A stretch of 64,000 nt of DNA, from the NCBI GenBank assembly GCA_051878795.1, contig JBJEKU010000010.1, forward strand, positions 13,231 through 77,230. The letters are read 5' to 3'. The position numbers were made by a program, and so were the translations under genes. The DNA is from Eggerthellaceae bacterium (GTDB lineage: Bacteria; Actinomycetota; Coriobacteriia; Coriobacteriales; Eggerthellaceae). Shown here one piece after another: positions 1 through 13,167 of this stretch; position 1 is the first letter of the stretch; each line of letters opens with the position of its first letter. The notes beneath the pieces were generated by a model. It had not been told where the DNA came from. It searched no databases and saw nothing but the letters and a program-made list of their open reading frames with translations.

Positions 1-412
1 GAAGAGCGCCTTGTGGCATGTGCGCAGTAAGCTCGACCATAGCCGCCGTGTCCACAGCAACGAGCTCTACCGTTTCGGCAGGAGGACGGAATGCGATGCA
101 AGCGAGCGGCTGGCGATCGACTCCTTCGTGGGGCTCTACTTCACCTTGTTCGCCATCTGCGCCTTCCTGTTCACCTTGTTCGGCGCTTCTGTGGGGGATG
201 CGATCTTCGATGCCGCCTCGTGTTTGGGCAATACCGGTTTCGGAACGGGCTTCGTGGGGGCGGATTCGCCTTCTGCGGTCCTGCTGATCGCATGCGTGAC
301 CATGCTGTTCGGCCGTTTGGAAATCCTTCCTATCCTCTTGGGCTTCATCTGGATGCTCAGGCTTGCGAAAAGGGGTGTGAATAACCATGTCTTCGTACGA
401 AAAGCCCATTAG
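1..412 (+). CDS. TrkH/KtrB-family K+ transporter, C-terminal fragment (5' end lies outside the window)
   Basis: The frame is open from the window edge. The tail is hydrophobic, with GNTGFGTG (selectivity-filter-like) and LFGRLEILPILLGF, typical of the last pore repeat of Trk/Ktr subunits. Confidence 0.6.
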   Translation, partial: KSALWHVRSKLDHSRRVHSNELYRFGRRTECDASERLAIDSFVGLYFTLFAICAFLFTLFGASVGDAIFDAASCLGNTGFGTGFVGADSPSAVLLIACVTMLFGRLEILPILLGFIWMLRLAKRGVNNHVFVRKAH

Positions 413-1916
413 GAACCTGGGCGTGACCCTTTTGCTGCTCCTTGCGGGGTCGGCGGCGTCTCTGAGCTTCACTGTGCTGGGTCTGGAATCGGAAGTGAGC
501 TTCCTGTTCTTCATCATGGGCATCATGATCGCGTCGGTGGAGACCGATTCGTCCTGGTGGGGCTTTGCCTTGGGCGTGATGTACCTGTTGGCTTACGACC
601 TTCTGTTCACGGCGCCGCACTTCAACCTCTCCATTTTCGATCAAAGCGACCTTGCCGCCCTGATTATCTTCACGGTTGTCGCGATGATTTCCGGCGGCAT
701 GACGAACAAGCTGCGCAGGCAGGTGAGCATCGTGGAGAGGAATGCGCGCAACCTCAAGCGCCTGAACACCATCAGCTCCGGATTGATCGACAGCATTTCC
801 GCGGAAGGTGCCTGCGAGTTCGTTTCCGTTGCCTTGGGGCGCGCGCTCGGTCGTGTGGTGGAGATCGATTTAGGGAAGCCCGACCCGGAAAGCAGGGAAG
901 GCAAGGAGGCCCTTGCTGCAAGTGATTGCTTCGAGCAGGGTTGCCGGACCGGTGTCGGCGTGTCAGGGTATGCGGGCTGCAAATGCCTTTACATCCCTCT
1001 CTCCGCGAAGACCCGGGTGTACGGCGTGGTTTCGGTGGATATGTCGGAAGGCGAGCTCGACGAAGAGGCTCTGACGCTGGTGGATTCGGTTATCACCCAG
1101 ACCGTCATCGCCGTCGAGCGCAACGAGCTCGAGGAACATGCTCGCGAGGATGCCCTGCGAATCGAGCGCGAACGATTCAAGACCACCTTGTTCCAAGGCG
1201 TTTCCCACGATCTGCGCACCCCGTTGGTGAGCATCCAGGGCAACGCGGAGCTGCTCGAGCGCAGCTACGACAACATCAGCCCCGAAGAGCGCAAAGTGCT
1301 GCTTTCCGCGATTTCGGGCGACGCACGCTGGCTTGCGGGCATGATCGACAATCTGCTGGGGATGACCCGCGTGCAGGACGACGAGGTCCCCCTGCATTTC
1401 CAGCCCGAAGTGGTCGACGACGTGATCAGCGATGCGGTGACGCGCGTGATCTCGCATATCGGCAACCACAGCATCGAGGTATCCCAGCCGGACGACGTGG
1501 TGCTGGTGGAAATGGACGGGCGCTTGATCCGCCAGGTGCTGGTGAACCTGATCGAAAACGCCATCAGGCATTCGGAGCCTTCGTCCCTCATTACCGTCGA
1601 GGCGGAGCGCGAGGGAACCAGTATGGCCTTCAGGGTTTCCGACAACGGGGGCGGCATCGCGCCCGATATGCTGGACAGCGTTTTCGACCGCTTTGTTTCC
1701 GGGAAGCCCCTCGATAGGCGAAATAAGGGAATCGGCCTTGGTTTGAGCGTTTGCAAGGCCATTGTGGAAGCGCATGATGGTACTATTCGGGCATTCAACA
1801 ATGATTCGGGAGGGGCCACTTTCGAGTTCTTCCTTCCCGAGGCGCATGTTGCGTCCAGCGTTGACGTGCAGACCGGGGGACAGGAAGGGGTGTCCGAATG
1901 GCACACGAAATCCTGA
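387..1916 (+). CDS. Sensor histidine kinase, KdpD C-terminal type (membrane DUF4118-like domain + HisKA + HATPase_c), lacking the N-terminal KdpD/Usp module
   Basis: ATG at 387. Four-TM-like N-terminus, H-box SHDLRTPL, N-box LVNLIENAIRHS, G-boxes DNGGGI and GIGLGLS. Overlaps the upstream transporter by 26 nt. Confidence 0.85.
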   Translation: MSSYEKPIRNLGVTLLLLLAGSAASLSFTVLGLESEVSFLFFIMGIMIASVETDSSWWGFALGVMYLLAYDLLFTAPHFNLSIFDQSDLAALIIFTVVAMISGGMTNKLRRQVSIVERNARNLKRLNTISSGLIDSISAEGACEFVSVALGRALGRVVEIDLGKPDPESREGKEALAASDCFEQGCRTGVGVSGYAGCKCLYIPLSAKTRVYGVVSVDMSEGELDEEALTLVDSVITQTVIAVERNELEEHAREDALRIERERFKTTLFQGVSHDLRTPLVSIQGNAELLERSYDNISPEERKVLLSAISGDARWLAGMIDNLLGMTRVQDDEVPLHFQPEVVDDVISDAVTRVISHIGNHSIEVSQPDDVVLVEMDGRLIRQVLVNLIENAIRHSEPSSLITVEAEREGTSMAFRVSDNGGGIAPDMLDSVFDRFVSGKPLDRRNKGIGLGLSVCKAIVEAHDGTIRAFNNDSGGATFEFFLPEAHVASSVDVQTGGQEGVSEWHTKS

Positions 1917-2623
1917 TCGTCGAAGATGACGACGGAATCAGGCGCTTCCTGAGGATTTCGCTGCGCTCGGAAGGCTATAAGGTTTCCGAGGCGCGCACGG
2001 GCGCGGTCGCTCTGTCGCTCTTCGAGGCGAATTCGCCTTCCCTTGTGCTGTTGGACCTTGGCCTGCCTGACGAGGATGGCATGGACGTGCTTGCAGCGAT
2101 CAGGAAGCAGAGTAAGGTCCCCATCATCGTGGTGACCGCCCGGTCGACGGATTTCCAGAAGGTGCGTGCCCTCGATGCTGGGGCGGATGACTATGTGGTA
2201 AAGCCTTTCAGCATCGTCGAGCTGCTCGCGCGTATCCGCGTGGCCCTGCGGCATAATGCCCCCGAACTTGCCGATGCCGGGGTACGGCAGCATTACGAAG
2301 TGGGCGGCTTGGAGGTGGACTGCGATGCCCATTCCGTCTTGCTGGATGGAAGGCCCGTTCATCTGACACCCTACGAATTCCGCTTGCTCGAAGTGATGAT
2401 GCAGAATCCCGGCAAGGCGCTCACGCACCGTTTCATCCAGGAAAAGGTCTGGAACCATCCTGCATGCGATGGCTACCGCACGCTGCGGGTGATCATGGCA
2501 TCGCTGCGAAGGAAGCTCGCGGACAGCCCGGCGGCGCCCCGCTTCATCGCGACCGAAGTGGGTGTGGGTTATCGTTTCATAGGGCGCGATCGCGAGGGCG
2601 CGAAGGACGCGGGCGCCCGGTAG
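1898..2623 (+). CDS. OmpR/KdpE-family response regulator
   Basis: ATG at 1898 overlaps the kinase stop. Receiver motifs ILIVEDD, LVLLDLGLPDEDG and VKPF, plus a winged-helix C-terminus (EFRLLEVMMQNPGKALTHRFI, VGVGYRF). Confidence 0.9.
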   Translation: MAHEILIVEDDDGIRRFLRISLRSEGYKVSEARTGAVALSLFEANSPSLVLLDLGLPDEDGMDVLAAIRKQSKVPIIVVTARSTDFQKVRALDAGADDYVVKPFSIVELLARIRVALRHNAPELADAGVRQHYEVGGLEVDCDAHSVLLDGRPVHLTPYEFRLLEVMMQNPGKALTHRFIQEKVWNHPACDGYRTLRVIMASLRRKLADSPAAPRFIATEVGVGYRFIGRDREGAKDAGAR

Positions 2624-2744
2624 CGGGGCCTGCTTGCAGATGGGGTGCGCATCCGGTTTGGTGGAAAGCCCCAGCCGATCCCGCTTGCCGGAATGCTTCC
2701 TCCGAAGCCGTTGCGTAGCTTTCCGAAAATATCGTCTGGAATGA

Positions 2745-2777
2745 AAACGTCCCGAGCCTGCCAGGTTCGGGACGTTT
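2745..2777. terminator. Bidirectional hairpin between convergent genes
   Basis: AAACGTCCCGA (2745-2755) pairs with TCGGGACGTTT (2767-2777), with A/T runs on both sides. Confidence 0.5.
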
Positions 2778-2778
2778 C

Positions 2779-3003
2779 CTACATCCAGGGGTCCTTTTGG
2801 AAGAAGGGCTCTTCCACGCGTTTGTCGTGGAAATCCGAATACGGGTCATAGCCGTCGTCGTCTTCGTTGATGGAGCGGACGGGCTGCGCTTTGCCTGCCG
2901 CGTGCTTGGCCCGCAATGCGGCGGCTCGTTTGGCGGCTTGGCCCCAGCGCTCTTCCTGCCCGGCATTGGCGCCGGGTGCATCCCCTTCTTCCCAAGCGTC
3001 CAT
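2779..3003 (-). CDS. Small hypothetical protein (74 aa, acidic C-terminus)
   Basis: The in-frame ATG at 3003 lies 2 nt after the TAG of the upstream Mrp gene. The longer 101-aa ORF would overlap that gene. No family recognised. Confidence 0.35.
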   Translation of the reverse strand: MDAWEEGDAPGANAGQEERWGQAAKRAAALRAKHAAGKAQPVRSINEDDDGYDPYSDFHDKRVEEPFFQKDPWM

Positions 3004-3005
3004 GG

Positions 3006-3842
3006 CTAGGCTTCCAGTATCTGTGCGATAACGGGTTCGAGTGCTTCGGAGACCAGGTATTCCTCGACGCGTCCCGCGTCGCACAGGGCTGCGAAGGAGG
3101 GGTCCATGGGCAGCGTGGCATAGGCGGGGATTCCGTAGCGCCTCGCTACCTCGGCACCCTGGGGCTCGCCGAAGATGAAATGCTTCTTATTGCAATCGGG
3201 GCAGGTGAAGTAAGCCATATTCTCAACCAGGGCCATGACCTTCACGTCCATGCGGTTGGCCAGGTTCACTGCCTTGCCCACGATCATCGCGACCAGTTCC
3301 TGGGGTGCGGAGACCGTGACGATACCGTCGATGGGCAGGCTCTGGAATACGGTCAGGGCCACGTCGGACGTTCCCGGGGGCATGTCGACGAACATGTAGT
3401 CGATGTCGCCCCAGTGCACTTCGTTGAAGAACTGCTTGACCGCGTTGGAGACCACGGGTCCGCGCCAGGCGACGGGAGCGTCGTCTTCGGGCAGCATCAG
3501 GTTGGTGCTCATGATCTTGATACCGCTTTCGGTCTGCGCGGGGAAGATGCCCAAGCCGTCACTTTCGACGCCTGCGGCGATGCCGAATGCGCGGGGGATG
3601 GACGGTCCGGTGACGTCGGCGTCCAGGATGGCGACCTTGTAGCCGCGTCGCTGCATTTCTGCGGCAAGCAGGGAAGTGACAAGGGATTTGCCTACGCCGC
3701 CCTTGCCGGAGACCACGCCGATGACGTGTTTGACGGAAGATCCCTCGTTGGGTGTCAGGCGGGGAGGCAGTGCGCCGGCGCCATGGCATCCTCCCTGGAG
3801 CATCTGCTTTTCCTCTTCGGTGAGTTCTTGGGGTTGTGCCAT
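3006..3842 (-). CDS. Mrp/NBP35 (ApbC-type) iron-sulfur cluster carrier ATPase
   Basis: Deviant Walker A GKGGVGKS, ILDADVTGPS, and CPDC near the C-terminal part. I chose the start at MAQPQE (ATG 3842), which has an AGAGAGGGA RBS. Confidence 0.9.
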   Translation of the reverse strand: MAQPQELTEEEKQMLQGGCHGAGALPPRLTPNEGSSVKHVIGVVSGKGGVGKSLVTSLLAAEMQRRGYKVAILDADVTGPSIPRAFGIAAGVESDGLGIFPAQTESGIKIMSTNLMLPEDDAPVAWRGPVVSNAVKQFFNEVHWGDIDYMFVDMPPGTSDVALTVFQSLPIDGIVTVSAPQELVAMIVGKAVNLANRMDVKVMALVENMAYFTCPDCNKKHFIFGEPQGAEVARRYGIPAYATLPMDPSFAALCDAGRVEEYLVSEALEPVIAQILEA

Positions 3843-4072
3843 CTCGTCCCTCTCTTTCGCGTTCCGCAAGGCATGCGGTATGCGTTTCTCGTTTCTTAAC
3901 CGCGGAAATGGTAGCACACGGGCCCGCGGGCTTCCTTACATGGTCCTTTCAGGCGGGCAACGGAACGTCTGCTTCGGTGCGTCTTGCCCCCGTTTCCCGG
4001 TGCTGCGCTATACTTGCACGTTGGAATAGTTGAAGCCACGGGCGAACCCGCCCTGATAGAAAGGGAACGCAT

Positions 4073-5125
4073 ATGAAGGTAGAAGCCGCCGAGCAGAGCG
4101 CGGGCAAGGTCCGCGTCAATGTCCAGATCAGCTCCGAGGAGTTCGAAGAGGCGCTCAAGAAGGGGCTTCCGCCTTTCCTCGCCGCCATGGGCCTGCGCAT
4201 TTCCGAGAAGACCGATTACGACGTGGCATTGAAGACGCTGGCGGACGACGATTCCGACGAAGAGCTCAACCGCGTGAAGCTGGATTGCGCCGTCAGCTAC
4301 CTGATGCCGCGCGCCGTGGAGCAGTCCGGTTTCTCCCCTGTGTGCAACCCCGCGATCGTGGGTTCCGAGCGCAATGAGGACGGTTCCGTGAGCTTCGGCA
4401 TCGAAATCCATCCCAAGCCCGAAATCGAGCTGAGCGATTACACCCCCGTCACCGTCACGGTTTCCCATCCCACCGTCACCGAAGAGGAAATCGACCAGCG
4501 CATCGATGCGATGGCGGCATTGGGGGCGGTAACCCAGCCCGACATCATCACCGGCAAGCCCAAGAAGGTGCCCGCCATCATCGATGACAGGTGGGTCCAG
4601 AAGAACGTGAACGGCTGCAACAGCGTGGCCCAGCTGAGGGAATCCCTGCGCGAGGCGGGCATGAAGCACAAGCAGCAGGAGCTGGAAAGGCTCGTCGTCG
4701 CCAAGGCGACCGTGCAGTTCGCCGAGCGCCTGACCGAGCCCATCTTGGACGAAACCATCGAGGCGGTCACCGACAACATGGTCGGCGAGCTTGTGAACCA
4801 GCTTGCCCAGCAGGGCCTGACCCTGCAGGATTACGTGGTCCAGCGCAAGATCACCATCGATGCCATGCGCGAAGACGCCCGCAAGCAGGCGGTGGCCAAC
4901 CTGCGCCAGGGTGCGGTGCTCGATGCCATCTTCCGCCACGAGGGCATGGAGCTTGCCGACGAGGACATCGAGCAGGCGATGGGGGTCATCGCCCCCGGCA
5001 TCGAGAAGCAGGCAACCGAGTCCTTCAAGAACAACGGCTTCATGTTCACCGTCAACGAGACCGCCCAGCGCATGCGTGCAACCCAGTGGCTGCTGGATAA
5101 CACCAAGGTGGAATACGACGACTAG
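4073..5125 (+). CDS. Trigger-factor-like protein (short form with no obvious PPIase domain)
   Basis: The N-terminus MKVEAAEQSAGKVRVNVQISSEEFEEAL resembles the trigger factor N-domain and the C-terminal half is helical TF-like. The GFRxGxxP motif is absent. RBS AAGGGA. Confidence 0.5.
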   Translation: MKVEAAEQSAGKVRVNVQISSEEFEEALKKGLPPFLAAMGLRISEKTDYDVALKTLADDDSDEELNRVKLDCAVSYLMPRAVEQSGFSPVCNPAIVGSERNEDGSVSFGIEIHPKPEIELSDYTPVTVTVSHPTVTEEEIDQRIDAMAALGAVTQPDIITGKPKKVPAIIDDRWVQKNVNGCNSVAQLRESLREAGMKHKQQELERLVVAKATVQFAERLTEPILDETIEAVTDNMVGELVNQLAQQGLTLQDYVVQRKITIDAMREDARKQAVANLRQGAVLDAIFRHEGMELADEDIEQAMGVIAPGIEKQATESFKNNGFMFTVNETAQRMRATQWLLDNTKVEYDD

Positions 5126-5387
5126 CCCGATGGGCGATGCGCACGGTTTCAGGCGGAACCGTGGCGCAGGAACGATCCGAACGGCTTGCCGGGGCCGGGG
5201 GCATCCTTTGCCTCCGGCCCTTTTCCATGTGGGAGCTTTTTCGGGAAAAAGGCGAAAGCGCAGCTCTAGGGCAGGATCGCGTCATCGTTTTGTGTTTTAT
5301 CGGTTGAGATGGAGTAAAATACAGAAATCTTTAGCCACAGCCCCCGTCCAGCCAACGGGGGCCTTAACTCGAAAGTTGGTGGATACT

Positions 5388-7451
5388 ATGGCGGCTCCTG
5401 CAACCCTGCAAGTGAGGAACGTGGTCCTGGTAGGCCAAGACGGAGCGGGCAAGACCTCGCTCGCTGAAGCAATGCTTCACGTTTCCGGCAAGACCCCCCG
5501 TATGGGCACCACTCATGATGGAAAGTCCTATCTGGATTACGATGCAGAGGAAATCCGACGCAAGTTCACGCTCAGCACCTCCATCGCACCCATTCCCTAT
5601 AAGGATTTCAAGATCAACCTGCTGGACACTTCCGGCCAGGCGGACTTTTTGGGCGACACCATGGCGACCATGCAGGCCGCCGAAATGGCCATGTTCGTGG
5701 TCGACGCGGTGACCGGCCCCCAGGTCATGACCACCAAGCTCTGGCGTGAAGCGGAGACCATGCGTCTTTCCCGCTCCGTTTTCGTCAACCACATCGACCG
5801 CGAGAACGCCGACTGGAACGTCGCGCTTGCGACCCTGCACGCACGCTTCGGCAGCCGCCTGGGCGCGGTGACCATCCCCATCGGCGAGGCCGAGGAATTC
5901 AAGGGCGTCATCGATGTCCTGCGCATGAAGGCGCGCTATTTCGGCGAGGACGGCGAGCGTATCGAGGAAATCCCCGCAAAGTATGCCGAAGAAGCCCAGA
6001 TCGCCCGCGATAAGCTGTGCGACCTGGTCGCCGAAGCCGATGACGAGCTGATGATGAAGTACCTGGACGGCGAAGAGCAGCTGACCCAGGAAGAGCTGGA
6101 GGGCCTGCTCTGGAAGGCGATCGCCCAGGAGCTGTTCATTCCCGTATACGTGGGTTCCACCTTGGTCGAGCAGGGTATCCAGGGCTTGATGGAAGACATC
6201 TGCACCTACTTCCCGTCTCCCCAGGCACATGGCGAATTCCGCCTCACCAATGGCGAGACCACCCTGGTCCACGAAGATGGCGAGCCCTCCGCGTTCGTGT
6301 TCAAGACCCTGTCCGACCCCTATGTGGGCCGTCTGAGCTTCTTGAAGGTCATCACCGGCGTGCTCGAGCCCGGCATGGAAGTGATCAACGCCCGCACCGG
6401 CGAGAAGGACCGCCTGGCACACCTGTACCTGATGATGGGCAAGGAAACCGAGGATGTGAAGAGTGCCCGCGCCGGCGACATCATCGTCGTTCCCAAGCTT
6501 TCCGATGCACGCACTGGCGACACTCTGTCCCTGAAGGGCGAGATCGCCATCGATCCGCTGCCTATGCCCCCCTCGCAGTATCCCGTTGCCATCGAGGCAT
6601 GCAATCGCAATGAGGAAGACAAGCTGGGCACCTTCCTGGCGCGTGCTGCAGAAGCAGACCCCACCATCCAGGTCCGCCGCGATGAGGAAACCCATCAGAC
6701 CGTGGTCAGCACCTTGGGCGAAGGTGCGGTAGACACCTTGCTCCAGCGTCTGAAGGCCCAGGTGGGCATCGACGTGAAGCTTGTTCCGCTGCGCATCCCC
6801 TATCGCGAGACCATCCGCAAGACCGCCCAGGCACAGGGCCGTCATAAGAAGCAGACTGGCGGTTCCGGCCAGTTCGGCGATTGCTGGCTGCGCCTGGAGC
6901 CCAATCCCTATGCCGGTTACGAGTTCTTGGACGAGGTCGTCGGCGGCAAGATCCCCCGCAACCTCATCCCCGCAGTCGACAAGGGCGTTCAGGAAACCAT
7001 GAAGGAAGGCTTCCTGGCGGGCTATCCCATGATGGACATGAAGGTTGCTGTCTATGACGGTTCCTATCATCCCGTCGACTCCAATGAGATGGCATTCCGT
7101 ACCGCAGCCCGCATCGGCTTCCGAGCAGCATGCGAGAAGGCCGGAGCCGTGTTGCTGGAGCCTATGGCCAACATGGCGATTGCGGTTCCCGAAGAGTACG
7201 CAGGTGCCGTCATGAGCGACATCGCAACCCGTCGCGGCCGTATCGTGGGTACCGACTCCGACGATGCAGGCTTCACCGTCATCCTGGTCCGCGTCCCCTA
7301 CGCCGAAGTGGTTACCTACACCAAGGATCTGCGCTCCATCAGCCGCGGTGCTGGTTCCTACAGCATCTCCGTCGATGGTTATGAGGAAGTACCTGCCCAG
7401 GTCGCCCAGAAGATCATCGCCGAATACCAGGCTTCGAAGGAAAACGCCTAA
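5388..7451 (+). CDS. Elongation factor G paralogue (EF-G2-like GTPase)
   Basis: I chose the start at MAAPATLQVRN (ATG 5388). P-loop GQDGAGKTS, DTSGQADF, and full EF-G domain II-V similarity (RLSFLKVITGVL, GSGQFGDCWL, YHPVDSNEMAFR). It is not in a str-operon context. Confidence 0.9.
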   Translation: MAAPATLQVRNVVLVGQDGAGKTSLAEAMLHVSGKTPRMGTTHDGKSYLDYDAEEIRRKFTLSTSIAPIPYKDFKINLLDTSGQADFLGDTMATMQAAEMAMFVVDAVTGPQVMTTKLWREAETMRLSRSVFVNHIDRENADWNVALATLHARFGSRLGAVTIPIGEAEEFKGVIDVLRMKARYFGEDGERIEEIPAKYAEEAQIARDKLCDLVAEADDELMMKYLDGEEQLTQEELEGLLWKAIAQELFIPVYVGSTLVEQGIQGLMEDICTYFPSPQAHGEFRLTNGETTLVHEDGEPSAFVFKTLSDPYVGRLSFLKVITGVLEPGMEVINARTGEKDRLAHLYLMMGKETEDVKSARAGDIIVVPKLSDARTGDTLSLKGEIAIDPLPMPPSQYPVAIEACNRNEEDKLGTFLARAAEADPTIQVRRDEETHQTVVSTLGEGAVDTLLQRLKAQVGIDVKLVPLRIPYRETIRKTAQAQGRHKKQTGGSGQFGDCWLRLEPNPYAGYEFLDEVVGGKIPRNLIPAVDKGVQETMKEGFLAGYPMMDMKVAVYDGSYHPVDSNEMAFRTAARIGFRAACEKAGAVLLEPMANMAIAVPEEYAGAVMSDIATRRGRIVGTDSDDAGFTVILVRVPYAEVVTYTKDLRSISRGAGSYSISVDGYEEVPAQVAQKIIAEYQASKENA

Positions 7452-7504
7452 TCATCTGTAGTGGCGAGATCCCGGATGCAGTATCGGGTGAACGTTTCGG
7501 TTTT

Positions 7505-7547
7505 AGCAGGCTGGTCCCCCAATGCGGGGGCTGGCCTGCTTTTTTTG
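7505..7547 (+). terminator. Rho-independent terminator after the EF-G paralogue
   Basis: AGCAGGC...CCCCC / GGGGG...GCCTGCT hairpin followed by TTTTTTT. Confidence 0.7.
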
Positions 7548-7664
7548 TTGCTTACGTGCCCTGCTTCAGCGACGGTGGGCTATCCTTTAGAATACCGAAA
7601 GCGGGTTTCGACCCGACAATGTGTAGTTTCACGCCGATTGGCGTTCAACTGAAAGGTTTTCCCT

Positions 7665-9504
<1,840 letters not shown>

Positions 9505-9512
<8 letters not shown>

Positions 9513-10092
9513 CGCATCTTCCGAAAAGCGCTTCTTGCAGGCCCGCCCCTCTTCTGCGGATTCCGAGTCCGTCGAAGACGGGGCGGGTCTTGGGCTTGAT
9601 ATAGTGCAGATAAGCCGGATGGAGCGGGCGTTGGGGCGCACCCCGCGTCTTGCGCAGCGGGTCTTTACCGAAGGCGAGCGCGAATACTGTACGAGGACGG
9701 CCAATCCAGCGGTTCATTTTGCCACCCGTTTTGCGGCGAAGCAGGCCGTGCTCAAGGCGATGGGGGCGCATGCCTTTGCCGGCATCCCCTTGTCCGAAGT
9801 GGAGATCGTCCGCGTACCCGGCAGCCGTCCGAGCGTGCGCCTGCATGGCAAAGCGCGGCGATTGGCGAAAAGCCTTGGTATCCTGGAAGTGGCGGTTTCG
9901 CTTTCGTTCACCCATACGGAAGCGGTGGCATGCGCCATGGCGATAACGGCGGATTCCGTCCCCCAGGTGGAGAAGCCGAAAAGCCCCGCCCAGGAATTGT
10001 CTCGGAGCTTCAAGGAGATACGGGGTATCCTCGACGACCTTCCCACGGCGGAGGCGTCCGGTCCCCGGGATGAGGAAGCGAGCAGGAAATGA
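9505..10092 (+). CDS. acpS: Holo-ACP synthase (4'-phosphopantetheinyl transferase)
   Basis: GLGLDIVQISRM, FTEGEREY, FAAKQAVLKAMG, and SLSFTHTEAVACAMA at the core end. Only TTG starts are available (9505 or 9535), so the start is uncertain. ATGA overlap with the next gene. Confidence 0.8.
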
Positions 10093-11003
10093 AGAGATAT
10101 ACCGACGAATACATCGCAGGCCTTCTGCCGTTCCCGGCCGAAGATGCGAACAAGTACACCCGCGGAAAGCTGACGTTGATCGTGGGCAGCAGTGCCTATC
10201 CTGGTGCCGCCGCGCTCTCGTCCCTTGCGAGCCAGCGTGCCGGGGCAGGTTATACCGAGGTCTTCACAGAAGATTCCATCGTGTCGCAGCTGCAGATGTA
10301 CCACCCGTCATTGGTGGTGCGTCCGTGGACTTCCTTCAACGAGCATGACCTGAAGGTATCTTCCGAGCATCATCCCTGTGCATTCGTGGTGGGTTGCGGC
10401 TTCGATCCCGGCAATCCTTACGCATCGAACATCACGCGTGCGCTGTTGCGTCACGCCCAGGCGCCGGTCCTGGTGGACGGAACCGCCTTGCGATTGCTTT
10501 CGGGCCGTAGGTTCCGAAGCCTGTGCGAGGACCGCTACCATGCGGGTTATTCCACCATCATCACCCCGCACGGTGGCGAAGCCGCTGCGCTTGCCCGTGT
10601 GTTCAATATTCCCACCGACGACCCGGAAGATCTGGCCCTCATGCTTTCGCAGGCCTATGGGGCCATCACCGTGCTGAAGGGACCGAAGACCTACATCACC
10701 GATGGCGATGGCCTGTATTGCATGGACAAGGGAACGCCGGCGCTTGCGAAGGCGGGTACCGGGGACGTCCTGGCGGGTATAATCGGCGCGCTTCTGGCAC
10801 AGGGCCTGGGTCCTGTGGAGTCCTGCGCGCTGGGAACCACCATGCATGCATATTCCGGCATCTTCGCCGCACAGGACTATTCCACCATCTCGGTCTGCGC
10901 GGAAGAGATAATCCGCTATCTGCCGGATGCAGTCTTCCATCTGAAGGAAGTGGCCGAACGTGCTGCCGCCCGCGAAGCGGCTGCGTTGAATGGAAAGCGA
11001 TAA
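10089..11003 (+). CDS. nnrD: ADP-dependent NAD(P)H-hydrate dehydratase (YjeF C-terminal type, stand-alone)
   Basis: KYTRGKLTLIVGSSAYPGAAALS, VLKGPKTYI, GTGDVLAGIIGALLAQG. Confidence 0.85.
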   Translation: MKRYTDEYIAGLLPFPAEDANKYTRGKLTLIVGSSAYPGAAALSSLASQRAGAGYTEVFTEDSIVSQLQMYHPSLVVRPWTSFNEHDLKVSSEHHPCAFVVGCGFDPGNPYASNITRALLRHAQAPVLVDGTALRLLSGRRFRSLCEDRYHAGYSTIITPHGGEAAALARVFNIPTDDPEDLALMLSQAYGAITVLKGPKTYITDGDGLYCMDKGTPALAKAGTGDVLAGIIGALLAQGLGPVESCALGTTMHAYSGIFAAQDYSTISVCAEEIIRYLPDAVFHLKEVAERAAAREAAALNGKR

Positions 11004-13157
<2,154 letters not shown>

Positions 13158-13167
13158 GCGGACTGCG

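Noticed and set aside
4860-5387. N-terminal 176 codons of the 863-aa track ORF that ends as the EF-G paralogue.
   Set aside because: This part overlaps the 3' end of the trigger-factor-like gene in another frame and crosses a 260-bp intergenic region. EF-G homology begins only at MAAPATLQVRN (5388).
7452-7664. Possible glmS ribozyme upstream of glmS.
   Set aside because: I could not find the conserved glmS ribozyme core segments. The spacer contains only a terminator and short hairpins. An Infernal scan would settle the question.
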